Shown one piece after another: positions 57,163-64,000 of a stretch of DNA of 64,000 bases. This DNA comes from Nitrosopumilus sp. (GTDB lineage: Archaea; Thermoproteota; Nitrososphaeria; Nitrososphaerales; Nitrosopumilaceae), in assembly GCA_025699075.1 (NCBI GenBank), contig JAILWG010000002.1, positions 56,048-120,047 of the forward strand, given 5' to 3'. The first letter of the stretch is position 1. Each line of letters begins with the position of its first letter. The notes beneath the pieces were generated by a model, which had not been told where the DNA came from, did not search any database, and saw only the letters and a list, made by a program, of their open reading frames with translations. Both the position numbers and the translations under genes were made by a program.

Positions 57163-57786
57163 TTGGGACAGATTATCTTCCTCAGACATGGTCAGGCAAA
57201 AAATAACACTGAAAGAATTTTAGCTGGACGAACAGAAGGTGTTCCCTTAACTGAAACTGGAATTAAACAAGCAGAACATACTGCTGAATTACTTGAACAC
57301 ATGAATGTCTCAGCAATTTACTCTAGTCCTATTGAGCGAGCAAAACATACTGCAGAAATTGTTGGAAAACATAATTCAATTGATGTTTCAATTGATGAGA
57401 GATTAATTGAACTTGATATGGGCAAATTTACTGGAATGCCTTATGATCAGATTTTTACCAGCCATGGTAATGTCTTTATGAAATTCTATAATGGTGAATT
57501 GGAAATTGCCCACAATGGTGTAGAGACTTTTGATCAAGTCAAAAAACGAGTTTTGGGGATTGTCAATCATGTAATTGAAAAGCATCCTGATGAAAATGTC
57601 GTTCTAGTAACTCACATGGATCCAATAAAGGCAATGCTCTCAACAATAGTAGATCTATCTCCTACAAACCTCTTTGAGTTAATCATTGCAAATGCTTCTC
57701 TTAACATCTTTAGAGAAAAAGAACAAAAATTCTCCCTTTCAGGACTTAACGTAATGCATCCTTCTCGGTTCGATCAGGGTTGGTAG
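57163..57786 (+). CDS. Histidine phosphatase/phosphoglycerate mutase family
   Basis: LRHGQ, SSPIERAKHTA, ELDMG, LVTH, NAS. Confidence 0.9.
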   Translation: MGQIIFLRHGQAKNNTERILAGRTEGVPLTETGIKQAEHTAELLEHMNVSAIYSSPIERAKHTAEIVGKHNSIDVSIDERLIELDMGKFTGMPYDQIFTSHGNVFMKFYNGELEIAHNGVETFDQVKKRVLGIVNHVIEKHPDENVVLVTHMDPIKAMLSTIVDLSPTNLFELIIANASLNIFREKEQKFSLSGLNVMHPSRFDQGW

Positions 57787-57796
57787 CTAATAATCT

Positions 57797-57812
57797 TGAA
57801 AACCCTTAAATA
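57797..57812 (+). promoter_or_regulatory. Predicted BRE/TATA promoter of the cox operon
   Basis: GAAAAC followed by TTAAATA (57806-57812), about 30 nt upstream of the ATG at 57842. Confidence 0.5.
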
Positions 57813-57841
57813 GAAATTGTAGGCCACGTCATTCAATCACT

Positions 57842-58102
57842 ATGAAGAAATTCGTTGGGTTATTCTTGGTATTGGGCGGTTTAATGTTAATTCCAGCTAT
57901 TGACTTGGCATTTGCAGCAGGTGATGAACCAGGTGAATATCTAGATCGTAGAGTGGTTATTTGGAATTTATTTTATAGATTAATGACTGTCGGATTTACT
58001 GTAGGTGCAGTAGTATCTGGAACAATTATTTGGCAATGTTGGAGATTCAGAGAATCTCATCCAAACGCAAAACCAACTCCATATGAGGGCACGGACTGGT
58101 AA
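57842..58102 (+). CDS. Heme-copper oxidase subunit II, N-terminal membrane part (split gene)
   Basis: Signal or TM helix, then a TM helix ending WRFRE...P, resembling the CoxII first helix. First gene of the cox operon. Confidence 0.65.
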   Translation: MKKFVGLFLVLGGLMLIPAIDLAFAAGDEPGEYLDRRVVIWNLFYRLMTVGFTVGAVVSGTIIWQCWRFRESHPNAKPTPYEGTDW

Positions 58103-58104
58103 TC

Positions 58105-58536
58105 ATGGGCGGACACTCTAACTGGCCTGAATGGATTTACATTGGTGTAGTTGTAGCTTTGATGTGTTGGGTTGGTGCTGAAGCTTGGGAAGCAGAAAGA
58201 CTAGTCGAACATGTTCCAGAAGGCGCTGAAACAATTATTGTAACTGGTCAGCAATGGTTCTGGACTTTTGAACATGAAGATGGAACCAAAGAAATTGGTG
58301 AGTTGCATGTTGAAGTAGGAAAGGCTTACAAATTTGAAATTCATTCTAAAGACGTTAATCATTCATTTAACATTCACGATTATGTTGTTTTGATGGATGC
58401 AATTCCTGGTAGAGTAAACACTGTATGGTTTGCTCCAACTGATGCAGGAGAGCATGATATTCAATGCAGAGAATATTGTGGATTGATTCACTATAACATG
58501 AGAGGAAAACTAATTGTGGAGGATCCAACAGCTTGA
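58105..58536 (+). CDS. coxB: Heme-copper oxidase subunit II (CuA domain)
   Basis: GQQWFWTF, SKDVNHSF, DAIPG, CREYCGLIHYNM CuA ligands. Confidence 0.93.
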   Translation: MGGHSNWPEWIYIGVVVALMCWVGAEAWEAERLVEHVPEGAETIIVTGQQWFWTFEHEDGTKEIGELHVEVGKAYKFEIHSKDVNHSFNIHDYVVLMDAIPGRVNTVWFAPTDAGEHDIQCREYCGLIHYNMRGKLIVEDPTA

Positions 58537-58585
58537 CAACGCTTTTATCACAACTTTCATTAATTTACACTGAGGAGATTATCTA

Positions 58586-60112
58586 ATGGTCCTAGAACTA
58601 CAAAAGCCACGTCCAATCTGGCAAATAATGTTCTCAACACATCACACTGATGTCGGTTTACTATATCTGATTACATCACTAGGATTCTTGTTCTTAGGTG
58701 GCGCATTGGCTCTTGCAATTAGAGCAGAATTATTCTTGCCTGGTGCACAAATCATTGGTGATGCAATGACCTTTAACAGAATCTTTACAGTTCACGGTAC
58801 CACGCTTATCTTCTTGTTTATCATACCATTTGCATCTGCAGTTGGTAACTACTATGTTCCAATTATGGTCAGATACAAAGACATGGCATATCCAAAACTC
58901 AACGCAATCGCATTTTGGATGATTCCACCAGGTGGCGCCCTCATTTGGTTAGGATTTGCAGACTTTACTTGGTATGCAACACCTCCATACTCTATCATTA
59001 GCGCTCCAGGTCCAGCAGCAGACATGTGGATATTTGGATTAAAGATTCTAGGTATCTCATCAGTATTAGGTGCAATCAACTTTATTGTTACAATTCTCAA
59101 ATGTAAACATCCGGACATGTCAATTGGACAAGTTCCATTACTGGCATGGTCTTTCTTATCTTCATCATTGATTATTCTTGTTGCAATTCCAACATTTGCA
59201 GCAGCTCTCTTAATGTTACTAACTGACAGACTTGGTGTAAGTGGATTCTTCAATCCAGCTATGGGCGGAGATCCAATAGCATATGCACACTTGTTCTGGT
59301 TTACATTCCATCCTGAAGTCTATGTATTGGTAATTCCTGCAATCGGTATGATGTATGAAATTATTCCAAGATTCTCAAGAAAGCCAATTTACAGTTATAA
59401 CTCTGGTGTCTTTGCATTTGTTTTACTATCTATTGTTGGCTTCTCATCATGGGCACACCACATGTATGCAACAGGAATGTCATTTACTGAAAAGACCGTA
59501 TTCATGGTAGGAACTCTTGCAGCAGTTCCAGCATCTGCCATGCACGTCTTCAACTTTGTCGCAACAATGTGGAATGGTAGAATTAAATTCTTAACCCCAA
59601 TGATGTGGTCCGTTGGCGGAATCGCATTATTCTTCTCTGCAGGTGCTGGTGGTGTTGCAAATGCCGCTATGCCATTAGACTTTACTACACACGATACTTA
59701 CTGGGTTGTAGGTCACTTCCATCTCTTTGTGATGGGTACAATCGCATTTGGTTCAATTGGATTCTTCTACTACATGTTCCCATATGTAACAGGAAGAATG
59801 TACAACGAAACAATGGGTAAGATCCACTTTATCATGTCCTTTGTTGGTACAGTACTAGTATTCTTTACACAACACGTACTTGGCTTGTATGGAATGCCAA
59901 GAAGAATTTTCGATTATCCGCCAATCCCAGAATGGATTGCTATGAACCAAATTGCAACCGTAGGCGCAATGGTCATTGGTGTCAGTATGGCTATCTTCTT
60001 AGCAAACATGATTTACAGTTCTGCAAGAGGACAACCTGCAAATACCGAGGATCCATTTGGAGTCGGTGGCAAATACTATTATCCATTTGAGGCAAAGAAC
60101 CCATCACATTAG
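58586..60112 (+). CDS. coxA: Heme-copper oxidase subunit I (A-type)
   Basis: TVHG, DMAYPKLN, WFTFHPEVY, WAHHM, HDTYWVVGHFH, GMPRR. Confidence 0.97.
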   Translation: MVLELQKPRPIWQIMFSTHHTDVGLLYLITSLGFLFLGGALALAIRAELFLPGAQIIGDAMTFNRIFTVHGTTLIFLFIIPFASAVGNYYVPIMVRYKDMAYPKLNAIAFWMIPPGGALIWLGFADFTWYATPPYSIISAPGPAADMWIFGLKILGISSVLGAINFIVTILKCKHPDMSIGQVPLLAWSFLSSSLIILVAIPTFAAALLMLLTDRLGVSGFFNPAMGGDPIAYAHLFWFTFHPEVYVLVIPAIGMMYEIIPRFSRKPIYSYNSGVFAFVLLSIVGFSSWAHHMYATGMSFTEKTVFMVGTLAAVPASAMHVFNFVATMWNGRIKFLTPMMWSVGGIALFFSAGAGGVANAAMPLDFTTHDTYWVVGHFHLFVMGTIAFGSIGFFYYMFPYVTGRMYNETMGKIHFIMSFVGTVLVFFTQHVLGLYGMPRRIFDYPPIPEWIAMNQIATVGAMVIGVSMAIFLANMIYSSARGQPANTEDPFGVGGKYYYPFEAKNPSH

Positions 60113-60124
60113 GAGATATATGAA

Positions 60125-61081
60125 ATGAGTCACGATAATTCCCAAATTTACAGAACAACTCCAGCTAGAACTGGAAAAATGATGATTATCATGTTGGGTA
60201 TCTGCATTGTAGGTGGAGCAATCTTCTTTGGAATGTGGGACTATTGGATTTCAGAACCAGCACCAGTTGTTGCAATGATGGCTGGTGATTCAGCTGCAGC
60301 AGGTCCAGCAACACATACTGGTGCAACTATAATGTCTTCTCTTTCATTTATCGAATCATCAGACTTTAGGACTTTGGCATTTAATGCATTACCTGGAGAG
60401 CCTGATAACAATCCGACAATTAACATGCAAGTTGGAGACAAAGTTGTCTTTGATGTAGTTAATGATGGAATGTCATTTCATGCCTTTGGTGTAACACAAG
60501 ATGAAGAAGGTTTTGGAGGAATCATTCCTGGAAGTGAAGTTGCAACTGCATCAAACCCATTAAAGGCAGGTGAAAGTGGCACTTCTGAGTTTGTTGCAGG
60601 TGAAGAAGGAATTTACTATTACATCTGTACAGTTCCAGGTCATAGAGAACAAGGCATGGTTGGTAAAATCATTGTAGGCGATGTATCTGTTGAAGAAGTA
60701 ATGAAAGCAGCACCAGAACCAGAGGTGATGAAAGCAGCACCAGAACCAAAGGTGATGAAAGCAGCACCAGAACCAGTAGCATATGAAGGAGTAATATCCC
60801 TCCCAGAAGGCTCTGGAGTTCCTGGATGTGATGAAACAAACGAATGTTATATTCCATACCATGTTACAGTTTCAGCAGGTGAAGAAATTACTTGGTCAAA
60901 TGATGACTCTGCAGCTCATACAGTTACAAGTGGAACACCATCAGGTGGTGCTGATGGAGTATTTGATAGTAGTTTGTTTATGGCAGGTGGTACATTTTCA
61001 GTAACATTGGATGAATCAGGTGAATACCCATACTATTGTATGGTTCATCCTTGGATGACAGGTATAATAACAGTAAACTAG
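60125..61081 (+). CDS. Membrane-anchored blue-copper protein with two cupredoxin domains
   Basis: N-terminal TM helix. Site 1: FHAF...CTVPGHREQGM. Site 2: AHTV...CMVHPWM. Pro/Ala repeat linker. Confidence 0.9.
   Translation: MSHDNSQIYRTTPARTGKMMIIMLGICIVGGAIFFGMWDYWISEPAPVVAMMAGDSAAAGPATHTGATIMSSLSFIESSDFRTLAFNALPGEPDNNPTINMQVGDKVVFDVVNDGMSFHAFGVTQDEEGFGGIIPGSEVATASNPLKAGESGTSEFVAGEEGIYYYICTVPGHREQGMVGKIIVGDVSVEEVMKAAPEPEVMKAAPEPKVMKAAPEPVAYEGVISLPEGSGVPGCDETNECYIPYHVTVSAGEEITWSNDDSAAHTVTSGTPSGGADGVFDSSLFMAGGTFSVTLDESGEYPYYCMVHPWMTGIITVN
60698..60775 (+). repeat. 27-bp tandem repeat x3 encoding VMKAAPEP(E/K)
   Basis: ATGAAAGCAGCACCAGAACCA at 60701, 60728 and 60755. Confidence 0.95.
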
Positions 61082-61092
61082 TATAGAGAATA

Positions 61093-61536
61093 TTGGCCAT
61101 TCAATATCTTGCATTAACAACAATGATTGTTTTGTATTCGCTGATGTTTATTGGTGGGTATATTTCAGCTGCAGGACTCGGATTAACTTGTCCTGAGTGG
61201 CCTTTATGTCCAAATGGAATAATGCCTTCTGAAGAATATCTTATCGAATGGATTCACAGAACTATTGCAGCAACAACAGGAGTACTAGTAGTTTCAACAA
61301 TGGTTGCAAGTCTAATCAACAAAAATTCTGACATGAAAATAAAAATTACAAGTTCACTTGCAACAGGCTTGGTAATTACACAAATTACACTTGGTGCTTT
61401 GGTAATTGATACAAAACTCCATGCAGTCCTAGTTGCAATTCACTTGGGAATTGGAATTTGGTTATTTGCTATGGTGTTACTGACTACAATATTTGCATTT
61501 AGAATCGCAAAATCTTCTAAGCCAATTACAGTTTAG
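61093..61536 (+). CDS. ctaA: Heme A synthase, short (COX15/CtaA) form
   Basis: GLTCPEWPLCPNG, EWIHR, Q.TLGA, AIHLG. Confidence 0.85.
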   Translation: MAIQYLALTTMIVLYSLMFIGGYISAAGLGLTCPEWPLCPNGIMPSEEYLIEWIHRTIAATTGVLVVSTMVASLINKNSDMKIKITSSLATGLVITQITLGALVIDTKLHAVLVAIHLGIGIWLFAMVLLTTIFAFRIAKSSKPITV

Positions 61537-62050
61537 ATTTTTTTAACATCTTTGGCAGATAAATATACAACATCACTCCCACAAATACAAAAGCACCTGT
61601 CGTAATTGCACCTATGAATACAATTCCAAACGGACTCTGGGTTCCCATGTTGAATGTATAAGTCAAAATACCTTCGGTTCCTTCCATATCATACAAGTCT
61701 ACTTTAACAATATGATTTCCTATATTTCTCCAGACATAATCAAAATCCCAATGAGAACCAACTACTGATGTTGGAGGAATTGCATCTACCTGTTGATCAT
61801 TATAGTATACTCTAATTCCCATTGTAAAATCATCAACTTCTTCATACTCTAATCCTTTAGTGACTTTGATGAGAAACTGGGATGGCTCATCAATTTGTGG
61901 AAATTCTGGTGCTGTGGCTACTTGAACCCTGTAATTTCCGTATGACTGCTCAGCAGAATTGAACATGGAATGAGCATATACTAAATCCAATCCCCCATAT
62001 GATGAAAATATCAAAATAGAGATCAAGAAAACTGATCGCTTCTTAGCCAT
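61526..62050 (-). CDS. Hypothetical secreted, membrane-anchored protein
   Basis: Signal peptide ending VYA|H, a beta-rich domain and a C-terminal TM helix plus a Lys tail. Confidence 0.7.
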   Translation of the reverse strand: MAKKRSVFLISILIFSSYGGLDLVYAHSMFNSAEQSYGNYRVQVATAPEFPQIDEPSQFLIKVTKGLEYEEVDDFTMGIRVYYNDQQVDAIPPTSVVGSHWDFDYVWRNIGNHIVKVDLYDMEGTEGILTYTFNMGTQSPFGIVFIGAITTGAFVFVGVMLYIYLPKMLKKSKL

Positions 62051-62147
62051 TCAATCTATCTTGGGAATCAGGTGAATATATTGTAAATCAATTTTGGTAG
62101 GAAAATCTTCAAAACCTTTAAATCCTTATTGGGAAGAAACTCAATCG

Positions 62148-62750
62148 TTGACCCTCGTAACAAAATCAATCGATATCAAAACACCTGTAGAGAATGTTTT
62201 CACCTACTTTGCAAGACCAGAACATGTTTCTGATCAAATCAAAAATGACACTGTAGGTATGACAGTCGTTCCTATGGATATCAAAGAAGGAATGGGTGTT
62301 GGTACAACCTTTAGAATTATCGGTGACTTTAGCGGTAAACGTTTAGAGTGGGATTGTGAGACAACTGAATTCATTAGAAATGAAAAGATCACTGCCAAAC
62401 AAATTGAAGGTCCATTCAAGAATTGGCAAATTACCAATGAATTCAAAGCATTAGGTAATAATCTTACAAGAGTAACCATGTCAGTAGACTATGAGATGCC
62501 ATTTGGTCCACTAGGTGCAATTTTGGATAAAGCAAAATTTGCAAAATCTGCTGAGAAAGGAATGGAAACTGCTCTATACAACGTTAGAGGATTACTAGAA
62601 GGAAACGGTTCAATTCCAGTTTACATCACACTAGATGCATACCAAAAACTTCTAGCCGAAAAGAAAAAGATGAACGATGTTCCAGTTTCAACTGCACTTA
62701 CAGCAATTATTGAAAAGTACAATGAAATTGAAGCTAAAGCCCAAAACTAA
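62148..62750 (+). CDS. SRPBCC/START-like (polyketide cyclase) protein with a C-terminal extension
   Basis: SIDIKTPVENVF.Y, GPFK.W, VDYEMPFGPLG. TTG start preceded by TTTAAAT. Confidence 0.85.
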   Translation: MTLVTKSIDIKTPVENVFTYFARPEHVSDQIKNDTVGMTVVPMDIKEGMGVGTTFRIIGDFSGKRLEWDCETTEFIRNEKITAKQIEGPFKNWQITNEFKALGNNLTRVTMSVDYEMPFGPLGAILDKAKFAKSAEKGMETALYNVRGLLEGNGSIPVYITLDAYQKLLAEKKKMNDVPVSTALTAIIEKYNEIEAKAQN

Positions 62751-62809
62751 ATTTTCATTTATTTTAAAATCTTAAGATTAATAACAACTCTAGGCTTATC
62801 AATTTCGGT

Positions 62810-62883
62810 GGGTCTATGGCGCAGCCAGGTAGCGCACCGGACTCTTAATCCGGTTGTCAAGGGTCCGAATCCCTTTAGACCCG
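62810..62883 (+). tRNA. tRNA-Lys (anticodon CUU)
   Basis: GGGTCTA-TG-GCGC[AGCCAGGTA]GCGC-A-CCGGA[CTCTTAA]TCCGG-TTGTC-AAGGG[TCCGAAT]CCCTT-TAGACCC-G cloverleaf. Confidence 0.93.
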
Positions 62884-62913
62884 CTTTAAATTTTAAAATA
62901 AAATTTTGTTAAA

Positions 62914-63285
62914 TTAGATTCTAATTTCGGTATATTTTTTTGCCAGTTCAAGTAATTCATCTACTCCTAATGGCTTTGAAATAACTTTGATCAATCCTTC
63001 TTTGATTGCCTCTTGACTTTTTGGTTCAAACTCTGAGAACCCTGTAACAATTACGACATTTGCATTGGCATCAATTTCCTTGATTTGTTTGAATGCTTCA
63101 TATCCATCTAAAACTGGCATGTCTCCATCCATAATTACAAGAGATGGTTTAATGTCTATGAATTTTTGAACTCCTTCCTTTCCATCTAATGCAGTTTCTA
63201 CATGAAATTCATGTAATTCTAAAATCTCTTTGTAAATCCCAATTAAATCAACATCATCCTCTACAACTAGTACTGTTCTACCCAT
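62914..63285 (-). CDS. Stand-alone response regulator receiver (CheY-like)
   Basis: VLVVEDD, IMDGDMPVLDG (phospho-Asp), IVTG, KP. Start moved to Met21. Confidence 0.9.
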   Translation of the reverse strand: MGRTVLVVEDDVDLIGIYKEILELHEFHVETALDGKEGVQKFIDIKPSLVIMDGDMPVLDGYEAFKQIKEIDANANVVIVTGFSEFEPKSQEAIKEGLIKVISKPLGVDELLELAKKYTEIRI

Positions 63286-63462
63286 GCCCAAAGTAGTACA
63301 CTCATACTTTACTATTAAATACTGCGTAAGTTCAAATTGTGACACATGATAGATTAATTATTAATTTTGTCAATGGATTTTAGGGAAAAATGCAACTGAA
63401 ATTACTTGAAAACGTATATTCTATGGAATTTGAAAATTATATGATGTTAAGAGGATAATGAA

Positions 63463-64000
63463 ATGAGTCAAAAAGATACAATATCTAAAATTGCATTTGA
63501 AGATAATAAAAAAATCTTAACTGGTCTAATTGCAGTTATGATTGCCATTACTGCGATATATCAATTGAGACCTTTTCTTGATGATGCCCAATTTTCTTAC
63601 ATTGCAATTCCTGCTTATGCCATTTTGCCTGCACTAGTAACTGCCTATTCTGCAGCTTTAGCAATCAAACTATATCGACAAAAGCATTATCAAGCTAAAG
63701 GCTTTGTCTTATTTGCGATAGCTGCAGCATTTTGGTTTGTTGCAGAACAAATTTGGCAATTATATGATCATGTGTGGGAGGGTGAACCATTTCCATCTGA
63801 AGCTGATATTTTTTATTTAGCCGCTTATCCTCTTATGACTGCATTTCTTTTCATATCATTGAAACCTGTTATCAGAAAAACTGGTAGAAATGTTTGGCTG
63901 TTTGCAATTGGACTATCTATTTCATTTTTGGTTCCCTCTGTTTTAGCTGCATATGATGATATGTTTGAAGAAGAAGCATTTGCAACTGCAATTGCTTTAG
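63463..64000 (+). CDS. Membrane sensor protein (probably the N-terminus of a histidine kinase), truncated by the window end
   Basis: Manual translation MSQKDTISK...WFVAEQIW...PFPSEADIFYLAAYP..., multi-TM and open to the window end. Divergent from the response regulator. Confidence 0.7.
   Translation, partial: MSQKDTISKIAFEDNKKILTGLIAVMIAITAIYQLRPFLDDAQFSYIAIPAYAILPALVTAYSAALAIKLYRQKHYQAKGFVLFAIAAAFWFVAEQIWQLYDHVWEGEPFPSEADIFYLAAYPLMTAFLFISLKPVIRKTGRNVWLFAIGLSISFLVPSVLAAYDDMFEEEAFATAIAL

Noticed and set aside
1916-62479. Numerous antisense or overlapping short ORFs (e.g. 1916..2218, 2930..3325, 18381..18746, 20778..21260, 49219..49710, 52604..52909, 58852..59253)
   Set aside because: They are shadows of well-supported genes on the opposite strand or in another frame, with no motifs.

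Overview
This window comes from an AT-rich archaeal chromosome. Gene content points to a marine ammonia-oxidising archaeon (Nitrososphaerota, Nitrosopumilus-like): tetraether synthase, an F420-dependent reductase, a cox operon with split subunit II and a blue-copper partner, and DUF59-PqqD. It has three parts. (1) The left core, 1-4.3 kb, holds YjbQ, DtxR- and TrmB-family regulators and the GDGT tetraether synthase. It also has two elements missing from the ORF track: a box C/D sRNA whose D guide fits C34 of tRNA-Leu(CAA), and a 54-aa Cys/His-rich ORF. (2) A visibly more AT-rich surface-glycan island of about 45 kb (4.4-49.1 kb) encodes glycosyltransferases, a flippase, dTDP-rhamnose, CDP-sugar, heptose and NeuB/NeuA ulosonate modules, a TPP-dependent branching pair and five methylase-like enzymes. 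Its most notable part is a Campylobacter-type phosphoramidate trio (Cj1418/Cj1417/Cj1416-like) bracketed by two Thr-nucleophile alkaline-phosphatase-superfamily proteins, which are candidate novel phosphoramidate transferases. (3) The right core, 49.2-64 kb, holds mtnA, a cadherin-like secreted protein, tRNA-Arg(UCG), the heme-copper oxidase operon, tRNA-Lys(CUU), a response regulator and a truncated membrane sensor. All calls come from motif recognition by eye; no database searches were run.
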